Position numbers and translations under genes: made by a program | Part shown: in pieces, positions 37,204 to 47,039 of the stretch | How positions within the stretch are numbered: the stretch's first letter is position 1 | How the letters are laid out: each line of letters begins with the position of its first letter | Source: Nitrosopumilus sp. | GTDB lineage: Archaea > Thermoproteota > Nitrososphaeria > Nitrososphaerales > Nitrosopumilaceae | Direction of reading: 5' to 3' | NCBI GenBank assembly: GCA_965238275.1 | Contig: OZ250186.1 | Coordinates: forward strand, 544,001 to 608,000 | DNA length: 64,000 nucleotides | The notes under the pieces: generated by a model | What the model saw: only the letters and a program-made list of their open reading frames with translations | What the model was told of the DNA's origin: nothing | The model's database searches: none

Positions 37204-38607
37204 CTAGTTGATCCGGTCCAGCTCAAAGGCATCGTGCAGTGCCCGCACTGCGGCGCTGGCGTCGGCATTCTTGACTACAAAGGCAAGGTTAAGCTCAGAG
37301 GAGCCCTGGGTGATCATCGACACGTTGAGTCCCTTTCTCTCTACTGCGCCAAAGACCCGTGATGCAACGCCGACTGTTCCCCTCATCCCGGAGCCTATCA
37401 GTGCAATTATGGCCATGTTCGTGGTGATGTCCAGCTTCTTGATGATCTTGCCCAGAAGCTCTATCTCCAAGGTGGTCACAGCCCTGTCAAGATCATCATT
37501 CCTTACCACTATTGTAATGCTGGACTCAGACGGGTTCTGGGAGATCATCATCACGTTGACTCCTATTTTTGCAAGAGTGGTAAATATCTGGGCTGCGTTG
37601 CCCGGAGTTCCCACCATGTTGCCGCTATGTATGTCGATCAGCCCGCTGTCACGTATGCTGCTCACGCACTTTACCGTGTTTGTAGCGTGTATGGAGGGCG
37701 ATGCGGTGACCAAGGTTCCCTCGTTGGCAGTATTGGTAGAGCTTCTAATCTTCATTGGAATGTTCGTTGAGAGCAGGGGTTCAAACGTTCTGGGATGTAT
37801 CTGCTTTGCGCCAAACAGGGCCATCTCAACTGCCTCGCTGTAGGAGAGCTCCTTGAGCAGTTTTGCGTTCCTGACTATCTTCGGATCCGCAGTCATCAGG
37901 CCATCCACGTCACTCATCAGCCATATCTGGTCGGCCTTGATGCAGGATCCTATTATGGTTGCAGTATAGTCAGAGCCTCCCCGGCCAAAGGTGGTCACGT
38001 GTCCGTGCTGATCTGCGCCTGCAAAACCACCGACTATTGGAACGATCTTTTTTGAGAGGACAGACTCTATGGTCTTTGAGACCCTCAGCCGGGTGGTATC
38101 CATGAGGGGTTTTGACTCGCCGAAGTTGGAGTCAGTCACGATTCCCACATCCTTGCCTGTAAGTGGGACTGCACGCCGGCCATGGTCAGAGACGGAGGAG
38201 GCCACCAGTTGTATGGACAGCCTCTCTCCAAACGAGAACAGATAGTCCATTGTTCTTGGCGTGATCTCCCCGAGCAGCATCATCCCGTCAATCAGTGCAT
38301 GGAGCTGTGCAAAGTCCCTCTCAAGACTCTCCAGCAGTTTTTTGCGCACGGCCGGTCTCTTTATGGTCTTCCTTGCAAGATCCATGTGCCTGCCGATGAT
38401 CCTTGATTCAATCTGTCCTGCCTTGGGCCTGTTTTCCTTTTTGATCGATTCTGAGATTCCTATGAGATCATCAGTAGTTCCGTCTGTTGCAGAACATACG
38501 ACGACGACGTGGTTCTTGGCAGACAGCGAACCGACGTAACTGGCCACATTTTGGATGTCTATGGGGGAGGAGATTGATGTCCCGCCATATTTTACTACGA
38601 GTCTCAA
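37204..38607 (-). CDS. Aspartate kinase
   Basis: KYGGTS, GRGGSDYTA, DVDGLMTADP, two ACT domains. Confidence 0.95.
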   Translation of the reverse strand: MRLVVKYGGTSISSPIDIQNVASYVGSLSAKNHVVVVCSATDGTTDDLIGISESIKKENRPKAGQIESRIIGRHMDLARKTIKRPAVRKKLLESLERDFAQLHALIDGMMLLGEITPRTMDYLFSFGERLSIQLVASSVSDHGRRAVPLTGKDVGIVTDSNFGESKPLMDTTRLRVSKTIESVLSKKIVPIVGGFAGADQHGHVTTFGRGGSDYTATIIGSCIKADQIWLMSDVDGLMTADPKIVRNAKLLKELSYSEAVEMALFGAKQIHPRTFEPLLSTNIPMKIRSSTNTANEGTLVTASPSIHATNTVKCVSSIRDSGLIDIHSGNMVGTPGNAAQIFTTLAKIGVNVMMISQNPSESSITIVVRNDDLDRAVTTLEIELLGKIIKKLDITTNMAIIALIGSGMRGTVGVASRVFGAVERKGLNVSMITQGSSELNLAFVVKNADASAAVRALHDAFELDRIN

Positions 38608-38643
38608 TTCAAGATACCTGAAAAGTCAGTCTTTAAATGCTTT

Positions 38644-39390
38644 TTAGCTCTCCACCCTTGGGGCCAGATAGAAGTGAATTCTTCCCATGTTTGCAACCTT
38701 GAACTCAATGCGAAGTGGTTTTGAGGTGGAAAATTCACAGGTAATGTTGCCTACGGTGTTTCCTACGGCCTTGACCACAGGGTTGAGATACTCAAGGCTG
38801 TATGTTCCGGTGCTCTCGTCCTGCGAGGATATCTCCTCTATGGCATCATCAGCAGTGTCAATATCGATTATAACCTCGCCTGAGTCGCCCTTGCCTGAAA
38901 AGTCGCCTTTGGATTCAGCCGTGTGTACTGTGAGATATTCTGATACGACCTGCACATCGCCGAGAATCTTGTCAAACTTTGAGGAGGCAAGAACGATCTT
39001 CGAGTCGTATGGGATCTTTGGCAGTGGCGTGTCGGTGGCAGAACTCTCAATCAGGCGCATCTTGTACTTTTTGTTTCTTCCAACCGTAACAAGCAGCATG
39101 TTCTGATCAGAGATACTGATCTCTATGTCGTCTTTCTTGTCGGCCCTCTTGATGATCTTTGAGAACTCTTCTATTCTTACTCCGAACTTTATGTCACTGT
39201 CGCACTCGTACATCTCAAACGCAGAGTTGGGCCAAGATATGTCGATGAGTGCCACATGGGACGGATCCATTCCACGGAAGGTTATTCCCTCAGAAGTGGC
39301 AACAAAGGTGGCCTCCTCGACCAGCGTGGAGATGGCAGATATGATTGCCTTAAGATCGTCTGATCCGCTGGTCTTTGTAGCAAATGTCAA
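38644..39390 (-). CDS. pcn: PCNA sliding clamp
   Basis: GMDPSHVALI, YSLEYL, FYLAPR; TTG start at 39390. Confidence 0.95.
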   Translation of the reverse strand: MTFATKTSGSDDLKAIISAISTLVEEATFVATSEGITFRGMDPSHVALIDISWPNSAFEMYECDSDIKFGVRIEEFSKIIKRADKKDDIEISISDQNMLLVTVGRNKKYKMRLIESSATDTPLPKIPYDSKIVLASSKFDKILGDVQVVSEYLTVHTAESKGDFSGKGDSGEVIIDIDTADDAIEEISSQDESTGTYSLEYLNPVVKAVGNTVGNITCEFSTSKPLRIEFKVANMGRIHFYLAPRVES

Positions 39391-39452
39391 GTCAAGACTT
39401 CTAATTTTGGTACCAAATAAAACGTTATTGCAGAATGGCACGTATGCACTCA

Positions 39453-39627
39453 GTATGCGTTCACCTCCCCCCATCCAACTAGGTCAGAACATGTCATGCA
39501 GTTTGCCTATTCCCGCAGATTCGGATTTTTGATGAGGATTTCATGACTGTCCGAGTCTTTTGGTCTGATAACCGTGGACGGCGACCGACTGAGTGTGGAA
39601 TTGGTAAGGGGGGAGGTGAACGCGTAC
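39453..39627. mobile_element. 175-bp IS66-type MITE
   Basis: 20-bp TIRs GTA(T/C)GCGTTCACCTCCCCCC with one mismatch; 8-bp direct repeat TGCACTCA at 39445-39452 and 39628-39635. Confidence 0.88.
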
Positions 39628-39718
39628 TGCACTCAGGTCCCGTTTGAGACTAGGCATGGTTTTGCAGGACTGGATACAATTTTGTGCCTAGACAAGTCAC
39701 CGACCTGAGTGCGTACAA

Positions 39719-39758
39719 TGGCACTGCAGGTGTTCTGGCACTGCAGGTGTTCTGGCAC
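39719..39758. repeat. 17-bp tandem duplication
   Basis: tggcactgcaggtgttc twice plus tggcac. Confidence 0.9.
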
Positions 39759-39759
39759 A

Positions 39760-40095
39760 TCAGGCGTAGTTGCGCCAGGTATGCTTGCACTTTGTGCACC
39801 GGTAGAACTGGGTGGTGGGCTCGTCTGCACTTCTGGTCTGTAGCATCCACCAGACTGCCTCGTCGTTTCCGCACTTTTCGCAGTCGATCTTAATTGTAGG
39901 GTGTGACTCCTCGCCCTCGTTGCCCTCAAAGACGTTGAACGGCGTGCCTGATTCGGTGGTGGGCTCGTCTTCTGCTTTCTTTGGTTCTGTCGTTTGGGAC
40001 TCTACAGTCTGGGAATCCACATAACCGCACTTGGCACACTGGAGCTCAGAATCGATCTTCTTGAGTTTAGCTTCACATTCGGGGCAGAACTTCAA
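39760..40095 (-). CDS. tfs: Transcription factor S (TFS/RpoM family)
   Basis: FCPEC...CAKC; CEKC...QTRSADEP...CTKC. Confidence 0.93.
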   Translation of the reverse strand: MKFCPECEAKLKKIDSELQCAKCGYVDSQTVESQTTEPKKAEDEPTTESGTPFNVFEGNEGEESHPTIKIDCEKCGNDEAVWWMLQTRSADEPTTQFYRCTKCKHTWRNYA

Positions 40096-40096
40096 C

Positions 40097-40375
40097 CTAC
40101 TCTACCTTGATCTTTGAGTTGAGCAGATCCTTGAACTGCCCGGCCAGCTCTATTGCAGAATCTGTAGCCTTTTTGATCTTGTCAAGGGGTTTTGTGTCGG
40201 AGTTTATCCTCATCCAGCATTCATTGGTGAGGGGGTGTTTTACGATGACGCCTGCAAAATTGATGTTTGGGTTCTTTAAAAGCTCGTGCTGAATCACATA
40301 CAGGATGCCGATGTCAGCCTTCTCTACTGAGAGGCTGATCTCGCTGGATTCTGAACTGATCACGCTGGCCTTCAT
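40097..40375 (-). CDS. rpoL: RNA polymerase subunit L (Rpo11)
   Basis: ELLKNPNINFAG...HPL; upstream of tfs. Confidence 0.85.
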   Translation of the reverse strand: MKASVISSESSEISLSVEKADIGILYVIQHELLKNPNINFAGVIVKHPLTNECWMRINSDTKPLDKIKKATDSAIELAGQFKDLLNSKIKVE

Positions 40376-40421
40376 ATGATCGGAAAAAGAACTTATTGTG
40401 GATATAAATCATTGTGAGCAG

Positions 40422-40958
40422 ATGGTAGAAAGTAGAATTTCCGAGATCACGCTGGAAAAATCAAACGAAGAGTACTCAGATAACGGCAATATCGAGATTA
40501 ATGTGAGGTTCTCAATAGAGGGGGACATCAGGGAGGTATTTAATGAGGCAAACTGGACTGAGGCATACAACGCAAACGACGTTTCATTCAAGATAAAGTA
40601 TGGCATAAAACTGACAACCGGCGGGTTCAGGAAGAAGGAGCTTGGCCGCACCATCGACACATACAGAAAGGCTTCGATCTTTTGGACTAGGAATCCAAAA
40701 CTCGTCAATCCCATGAAGGAGAGAAAGATATGGGTGCAGGTGGCCAAGAATTTTGAGCCGTTCATCAGGCTCTCTGAGGACGAGACGAGGCAGGAGCTCT
40801 TTGATTTTAACGAAAGATTCGTCTTCAAGGCCTCGGATCTAGGCGAGGGCAGCCACAAGATAGGGGCAGAGGTGTATGCGTCATGGCAGAAACACCACTA
40901 TACGGAACCAGGCAGCATCAAGAACCGATCAGAAGAGATCGAAGTTGCAGTAGTCTAG
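40422..40958 (+). CDS. Hypothetical protein
   Basis: Clean ORF with TATA-like upstream sequence. Confidence 0.75.
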   Translation: MVESRISEITLEKSNEEYSDNGNIEINVRFSIEGDIREVFNEANWTEAYNANDVSFKIKYGIKLTTGGFRKKELGRTIDTYRKASIFWTRNPKLVNPMKERKIWVQVAKNFEPFIRLSEDETRQELFDFNERFVFKASDLGEGSHKIGAEVYASWQKHHYTEPGSIKNRSEEIEVAVV

Positions 40959-41062
40959 TAACACAGCCATAATGCATTCAGGTTCAGGATGCGAATATGA
41001 TCGATTCTGTGAATAGTCATGCTGGCTCAAAGGGATATAAGGAACTTGTATCAACCCCGAAT

Positions 41063-41215
41063 ATGGCAAAATACGACGGTCTGCTGGGACAGCCGGTGCT
41101 TGAAGTCGAGGAACCTGACAAGGAAGGTGGAATCACATTCATCTTCAAGGACAACAGGTTTCTGTTCATCAAGGCCGTGGGCGGCAAGATCGAGACCGTG
41201 TCGATTCCAGAGTAG
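41063..41215 (+). CDS. 50-aa hypothetical protein
   Basis: TATAAG box upstream; similar to the next ORF. Confidence 0.65.
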   Translation: MAKYDGLLGQPVLEVEEPDKEGGITFIFKDNRFLFIKAVGGKIETVSIPE

Positions 41216-41225
41216 GTGCAGATGA

Positions 41226-41456
41226 ATGGAAAAGTTTGAGCCTGTACCAATCAAGATGCAGGAACTGGTAAGGGTCATTGACCCCGACCCGGACGGCGGA
41301 ATCACCATGGTGTTCCAGGAGGAACCAATCAAGATGCAGGAACTGGTAAGGGTCATTGACCCCGACCCGGACGGCGGAATCACCATGGTGTTCCAGGAGG
41401 ACAAGACCTTGAAGATCAGGGTCGTCGACGGGCAGCTGGTCTCAGAGTTTGCCTAA
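41226..41456 (+). CDS. Small hypothetical protein with an exact 78-bp internal duplication (41246-41401)
   Basis: PIKMQELVRVIDPDPDGGITMVFQE twice. Confidence 0.65.
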   Translation: MEKFEPVPIKMQELVRVIDPDPDGGITMVFQEEPIKMQELVRVIDPDPDGGITMVFQEDKTLKIRVVDGQLVSEFA

Positions 41457-41944
41457 TTCGAACACTTTTCATAATATTTAATTGCCGTCTCCTGTGCCTC
41501 GGACTGGACGGAGCCTGGTCTCTTCTCTCGGATCATCGTAATTGCCGCATCGGCAGAATAACCATGGTGTCTTACAAAATAGCATGCAAGGACGGTACCG
41601 GCCCTGCCCAAGCCGGCTGCACAGTGGACCATCACCGGTCGGTTCTGCTGGATCTGCTCATGGATAAAAGACACAGCCTCATCCAACCGGTCCACATCAG
41701 GGGCCGTAAAATCCGGCGTGGGGACATGCAGGTAGTCCATGTCGCGTGTCCAGTCTTCTGGCAGAGCCCTTTCAGTCATGGTGACTACGGCCTGCACGTC
41801 TTGGTGCATGATCCAGTCAATCTCAGAGCGGCTTGTTGGCATCCCGGAACCGGCCAGCCTGCCTTCCAGTAACCAAGAAAAGTTTGTGGGTCTCTTTGTA
41901 ATCCTGCCGTGAACCTTTCGCCATATGTTTCCAGGTTTGCTCAT
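41453..41944 (-). CDS. Dual-specificity protein phosphatase
   Basis: VHCAAGLGRAG CX5R motif. Confidence 0.92.
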   Translation of the reverse strand: MSKPGNIWRKVHGRITKRPTNFSWLLEGRLAGSGMPTSRSEIDWIMHQDVQAVVTMTERALPEDWTRDMDYLHVPTPDFTAPDVDRLDEAVSFIHEQIQQNRPVMVHCAAGLGRAGTVLACYFVRHHGYSADAAITMIREKRPGSVQSEAQETAIKYYEKCSN

Positions 41945-41985
41945 ATTACTTGTCTAGCAGGCACCATATTTTTAGCATTGCAACA

Positions 41986-42630
41986 TTACAGGGCTACGGC
42001 TCTTACCGGGGAGCCGGTCGCGCCTTTGAGGTTTAGCGGGAGGACGGCAAAATCAAACTCCAGGGATGGAATCTTGTCCAAGTTTGCCAGATTCTCTACG
42101 ATCAGAATATTCTTCCTGGAGAATATGCAGTGGGTGCCAAATGATTCATCGCGTCCAAGGTCTATGCTCGGAGAGTCTGTTCCGACCAGGTTGACTTTCT
42201 TTGATGCAAGATATCTGGCAGCGGATGTGTCCAGTCCAGGATTACGCGTGAAATAGCTTCTGTCCTCCAGATTTTTCTGCCATCCAGTAAAAAAGAAGAC
42301 TGACGAACCGTCGGGAATCATTCCGTTCTCCTTTTCAAAAAGCATGATGTCTGCCTCCGTTATGGCAGAGTCAGCGTCCCTTGGAAGTTTGAGGAGAATT
42401 CCCCTCCTCCCGATCAGCCTGTCAAGCGGGATTTGGTGGATTGCAAGGCCGTCGGATGCAAAGTGGTACGGCGCATCAATATGCGTACCTGTGTGGGAGC
42501 TTAGGAACAGCAGTTCAAGGTTGTACCCGTCGTCTTTGATGTCAGACCACGGTATCAACTGTGGCCCCGGGGATCCTGGAAAGACAGGCAGGGTGGGAGA
42601 TATGGCAAGCGTAAGATCTATTGGTTTCAT
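41986..42630 (-). CDS. Cyclase / kynurenine formamidase family
   Basis: HTGTHIDAP, GTDSPSID, IVENL, GSPVRA. Confidence 0.9.
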   Translation of the reverse strand: MKPIDLTLAISPTLPVFPGSPGPQLIPWSDIKDDGYNLELLFLSSHTGTHIDAPYHFASDGLAIHQIPLDRLIGRRGILLKLPRDADSAITEADIMLFEKENGMIPDGSSVFFFTGWQKNLEDRSYFTRNPGLDTSAARYLASKKVNLVGTDSPSIDLGRDESFGTHCIFSRKNILIVENLANLDKIPSLEFDFAVLPLNLKGATGSPVRAVAL

Positions 42631-43132
42631 ACCAACGTGACAGAATGGCAGTTAATCAGTTTTTCAGTATGCGCACAGGATGAAAATTTATCAGATAAAT
42701 GGCTCCAGATCTGTTGCCCTCACGGTTTGGCTGTGTTTTTTGGATGGAAGGTGTGGGTTTGTTCCCGCATGTATGTCGTAGTATTCTTCACGGTCTTGCG
42801 CGGCATTCCGGACTAAAAAATACGCGCCTCCGGTAATGGGTATGGTTCGTGGGTGTGTTTCAAAATATCAACGCCGTCTTGTTTCTTCAGAATGTCGTAT
42901 CCCAATCCCAAAAAAGATGTCGGCTTTCGGTATTTTAAAAAATTATTTTGCGGACAGGAGGATCATATCAGACGGCGAGCCGCAGAGTCATCAGGATAGG
43001 CGTAAGGCTGTCTGCCAAAAAATAGGCGTAAAATTTGTGCAGGTGTGCGGGCTGGTCCATTGAACAAACAGCACTAATTTCGTATCCGGGCGGACTATGA
43101 AAGGTTAAATACTCTTTGGGGGGAAAACTCTT

Positions 43133-43390
43133 GTGCCAACTGCATATGTTCTATTGAATTCCGATTTGGGATCCGATGAATCAGTAATCAACGAGGTAAA
43201 GCAGGTTCTAGTCAGCGAGGAGCTTAAGCACGAGGTTCAGGGGGTCTACGGGGTCTACGACATAGTTCTGAAGATATCCTCTGAGGACGGAGAGAAGCTA
43301 CGCGCAGTCATTACCAACAGGATCAGGAAGATCGGCAAGGTTCAGTCGACGCTGACCATGATGGTAATAGAAGAACAGGAGAACCTATAG
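43133..43390 (+). CDS. Stand-alone Lrp/AsnC ligand-binding domain protein
   Basis: AYVLLN, VYGVYDIV, IRKIGKVQSTLT. Confidence 0.88.
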   Translation: MPTAYVLLNSDLGSDESVINEVKQVLVSEELKHEVQGVYGVYDIVLKISSEDGEKLRAVITNRIRKIGKVQSTLTMMVIEEQENL

Positions 43391-44536
43391 CTTTCTTAGC
43401 GCATCGGCCACTTCAAGTATCTGCGACTCGGTGTTGAAGAAGTGAGGCGATGCCCGTACGGTTCCGGTATTCATTACGCCCCTGACTGCCAGTATGATGC
43501 TCTGTTTTTCCAACCGGGTCACGACGTCGCGTGGATCAATCCCGGATATGTTGAAGGACACGATGCTGGTTCTCTCCTCTTCACTGTCAGGCCCGTACAG
43601 TATGACGTTTGGGATGCAGGCCAGCTCGTCACGGAGTAGTGTCGAGAGGCTCCGGTTCTTTTTGCAAATGTTGTCCATACCAAACTTTTGCAGATACCTT
43701 GCAGACGATTCAAGTCCGACTGCTCCAGCATAGTTTCGAAACCCTGTCTGAAACCTGTCGGAGAGTTCCTTAAAGGCAGGGTCTGTCTCATCGTAGTGCG
43801 AAACAGACGCTCTGCTGACGGTTGCAGGCTCAAGCAGGTGGTTTGAGTCCCGGCTACAGTAAAACACGCCAATGTCCATCGGGCCACAGAGCCACTTGGA
43901 ACCGTTAAAGGACATAAAGTCGCATCCGATTCGGGAGACATCGACATCGTCCAGACACCCTACGGTCTGGGCACCGTCAACGAGGAACGGGGCCCTTCCA
44001 TGGATTATTCGTCCGGCCTCCCGTACCGGGAGTATCGAGCCTATGTTGTACAGGGCATGGCTGAGGGTCACAAGTCCGGTATTTTCGTCCAGCATGGGCC
44101 CCAGATCATCAGGGTCAAAGAAGCCATTCTGGTCTACTGGAAGACTTCTAATCTCGGTTCTGTCGCCAAGTCTGAGCCACGGACGCAGGTTGGATTGATG
44201 CTCGTGAAGCATTTGACGCATTATCATATTGGAGCCTGCACCAAGCGGGAGCCTGTCTGCCACTATGTTGATTCCCTCGGTGGCGCTCCGGGTAAAAACC
44301 ACCTCCTCGGGCCTGCAGGAGATTATCTGTGAGATGGCTTGTTTTGCACTGTGAAGCTTCTCAGTGACAAACGACAGGGACTCCTTCGAGTCAGGGCCGA
44401 CGGAGTTGTATGATATTAAAAACTCCCTCATGGCATCTATGCTCTGGGATGGCATGATGGAGGCAGAGGCGCTGTTCAGATAGATCTTTTCAGAGTCTGG
44501 AAAGTCGCCGGAGACGTCCCTTGATGCAAAGTTCAT
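43385..44536 (-). CDS. Class V PLP enzyme (cysteine desulfurase-like fold)
   Basis: IYLNSAS, VDGAQTVG, GSKWLCGP, VRASPHFFN. Confidence 0.85.
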   Translation of the reverse strand: MNFASRDVSGDFPDSEKIYLNSASASIMPSQSIDAMREFLISYNSVGPDSKESLSFVTEKLHSAKQAISQIISCRPEEVVFTRSATEGINIVADRLPLGAGSNMIMRQMLHEHQSNLRPWLRLGDRTEIRSLPVDQNGFFDPDDLGPMLDENTGLVTLSHALYNIGSILPVREAGRIIHGRAPFLVDGAQTVGCLDDVDVSRIGCDFMSFNGSKWLCGPMDIGVFYCSRDSNHLLEPATVSRASVSHYDETDPAFKELSDRFQTGFRNYAGAVGLESSARYLQKFGMDNICKKNRSLSTLLRDELACIPNVILYGPDSEEERTSIVSFNISGIDPRDVVTRLEKQSIILAVRGVMNTGTVRASPHFFNTESQILEVADALRKL

Positions 44537-44559
44537 TATTATATCTGTGAGATGCTAGT

Positions 44560-45153
44560 GTGGTGTTGGATAAAAGTCCTAGACAGGTCTCGGAGAGTCC
44601 GTCATCTGTAATGGAGGAGCTTGGCAGGTGCATGCCCGGGGTAGTGCTCTGCTCGGAGCCGTTTGACAAAATGGAATTTCTTGACATGATGATCAGGTGT
44701 ACTAGATATCCGGTAATCTTTGTAGACATGGATCTGCTTTACACAGGATATGTCGAATCAGGCATGATTCACAGAAGGAGTGATGTGACGGTATTTCATC
44801 CCGGCAGACAGGACTGGATGACGGAGTTTTCCAGGATAGTCTCGGCAGCATCCAGGAAGAGAACCCTTGTAGTTATAGACTCGCTTAACGGGATACATGG
44901 CACGTTTGACGACATAGAGTCGGCTGGATTCGTCAACTCCTGCATAATGCTGCTTGCCTCACTTGGAAGGCAGGCAGGCTCTCCGGTCATAGTTACAGCA
45001 AGGGCAAGAACAAGGAACAGCCGGGGATGGGTCCTGTCCCCAGGGGGAAGGCAGATTATCAGATCAAGGGAGGCAGGCTGCTACCTTCTCAAGAGGGTGG
45101 ACGACAAGCTTGTGTTGGAGCAGGTTCGAAGGGATGAAGTCGATCAGTCATGA
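44560..45153 (+). CDS. Hypothetical protein (degenerate RecA-like fold possible)
   Basis: IFVDMD and VVIDSL strands; start may be ATG 44611. Confidence 0.6.
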   Translation: MVLDKSPRQVSESPSSVMEELGRCMPGVVLCSEPFDKMEFLDMMIRCTRYPVIFVDMDLLYTGYVESGMIHRRSDVTVFHPGRQDWMTEFSRIVSAASRKRTLVVIDSLNGIHGTFDDIESAGFVNSCIMLLASLGRQAGSPVIVTARARTRNSRGWVLSPGGRQIIRSREAGCYLLKRVDDKLVLEQVRRDEVDQS

Positions 45154-45253
45154 TGCGATCAGTTTTAAACGCCGTTATAAAATTTCAAACGCCGTTATAG
45201 CCAGATTTTTTTAGGCAAGTTATATTAAGCACAAATTCAGATTCAATTTCGAT

Positions 45254-45553
45254 ATGCCAGTAGGAATTATTCCGGACATCAGCGAACAAATGTGCATTGG
45301 ATGCGCATTGTGTGTAGAGATCTGCACCACGTTGGGACCAGATGTACTTAGGGTAAAACCAGTTGAAGGCTGGAAGAGGGGTAAGGCATTTGTCTTCTAC
45401 CCAGAAAGATGTATCTCTGACGGTGCATGCATAGGTGTATGCCCAACAAAGGCAATTTTCTGGATGAGGCCAATGGACTTTACCGTAGGACAACCAGTTC
45501 CACTCTACAAGGACTCAGTCTTCGTCAAAGGTTGGACCGAACTGATCGATTAG
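45254..45553 (+). CDS. 4Fe-4S dicluster ferredoxin
   Basis: CIGCALCVEIC and CISDGACIGVCP. Confidence 0.92.
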   Translation: MPVGIIPDISEQMCIGCALCVEICTTLGPDVLRVKPVEGWKRGKAFVFYPERCISDGACIGVCPTKAIFWMRPMDFTVGQPVPLYKDSVFVKGWTELID

Positions 45554-45565
45554 ATTCGTTCAACC

Positions 45566-45591
45566 ATTTTTAATTTCTTTTTTGTTTTCTT
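45566..45591 (+). terminator. Oligo-T terminator after the ferredoxin gene
   Basis: T-rich tract ttttt aatttctttttt gttttctt. Confidence 0.55.
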
Positions 45592-45627
45592 AGAATGTCA
45601 ATGGGTGTGCCTTGCTGTCAAAAGTGT

Positions 45628-46773
45628 TCATTTTCCAAAGCCAAACCTTAAGGTCCAGCGGCTCTTGGGCGTGGACGGCTTCCTTGAGAGATTGGCAAGC
45701 ATGTCATATGTGATGGTAAATCCGGCACCCACCATAGTGGCATCCTTGCCGTAGATCTCCCTGTCAGGTACGAACTCGTCGGCTAGACTCCGAATCTTCC
45801 TAGTCTTGAGATCAAACAACCGGATCCTCATGCCGTCCTCCAGCTGGATTATTGCATCTCCGCTAAGGCCCTGAATTGAGAATTTTTCAAAGAACCGTAT
45901 CAGGCCGCCGCGCCGCAGTTCTATTACCGAGTCGTATGTGAGCTTGCCCCCGTAGAACAATACCTCCCGTGCAGAGATCCTCACATCATCCTCCACGTTT
46001 AGGACTATTACCGTATCAGCCTCAAGGGAGACTGTGTTTACAACGTTTTCGGCTATGATCTTTCCCTTCGGGGCCGATATGCGTGTCCGGTGTTCCCGGG
46101 TCTGGTATATCCCGACTCTTCCTTCTGCGTCATCAACCCTGTATTTTCTGCCAAAGATGTTTCCCACTACTGCGTTTCCGTCATCAACGGTAAGCCAAGC
46201 ACCGTTTTCAATCTTGTACTTGTTTTCCAGCGGATCTATGAACCTGAAGTCGCCGCGGACCAGATGTATGTGGGTCCGGTATTCCTCTGTCCATGAGGGG
46301 CTTGTGATGTTGCCTTGCATGACGACAGGTCCGTCATAGGTAAGGGACCCGGCCATAAAGTTGCCCTTTATTGACAGGGCGCCTGACGCCTTCCTTTCAA
46401 GCTCAATCTCGCCAAGCGTCTTTGAGCCAAACAGTCTTGTTGCAGTTGCCCCGGCCCTGTTGAGCGCTGCGGCCCACTCCTCTGCAGTCTTCATCTCCTT
46501 GAAGATCTGTTGTCCTAGAATCTGGTTCCTTCTTCTGGCATCAGTGTCTAGATCCTCTGCATACACCCGGGTGTTCTTTATCTTTTCAAGATCCGTATCG
46601 GGGTACTTTTTGTCTATCTTGAGATCCTCGTATGCCTGCTTGATCTCGATGAACTGTTCGTTTTCGCCGCCCCGGTCCGAATGGAGTTGGAGAGCCAGGC
46701 GTCGGAACGCGTCCCTGATCTCTCTTTGTGTGGATCCCTCTGCAATTCCCAGTATGTCATAGTTGTTCTTCAT
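45628..46773 (-). CDS. J-domain protein with an uncharacterised C-terminal domain
   Basis: NYDILGI...AFRRLALQLHSDRGG...IKQAYE. Confidence 0.85.
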   Translation of the reverse strand: MKNNYDILGIAEGSTQREIRDAFRRLALQLHSDRGGENEQFIEIKQAYEDLKIDKKYPDTDLEKIKNTRVYAEDLDTDARRRNQILGQQIFKEMKTAEEWAAALNRAGATATRLFGSKTLGEIELERKASGALSIKGNFMAGSLTYDGPVVMQGNITSPSWTEEYRTHIHLVRGDFRFIDPLENKYKIENGAWLTVDDGNAVVGNIFGRKYRVDDAEGRVGIYQTREHRTRISAPKGKIIAENVVNTVSLEADTVIVLNVEDDVRISAREVLFYGGKLTYDSVIELRRGGLIRFFEKFSIQGLSGDAIIQLEDGMRIRLFDLKTRKIRSLADEFVPDREIYGKDATMVGAGFTITYDMLANLSRKPSTPKSRWTLRFGFGK

Positions 46774-47039
46774 GTCATGCCAACAGAATTAGTGTGTGGG
46801 GTTTCCCTACTTTTAGGTTATCAGGATTGGGGGAGAATTGTGAAGCCGTGGTGTTTCCTGCCAAGCATTCCTGAGACCTGACCCCAGAAGGAGGGTTCCT
46901 CTGAAAGGTATCATTGCAAGGATCGCCAAATCCCCAATGCCAGGAAATGTGTAGGACTTGCAAGTGCCGTTATCATTGGCATTGCAAGCATCAGTCTTGA
47001 CCGTCTGGACTCCTCATAACTATGCTGTAAATATGACAT

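Noticed and set aside
39391-39474. N-terminal extension of PCNA in the ORF track
   Set aside because: The upstream ATG lies inside the MITE; the conserved protein starts at TTG 39390
42640-43120. Long intergenic region as ncRNA or IS remnant
   Set aside because: No convincing structure, inverted repeats or recognisable coding motif by eye
45167-45199. 13-bp direct repeat aaacgccgttata upstream of the ferredoxin gene as an operator
   Set aside because: Only two copies and indistinguishable from the local small duplications without comparative data
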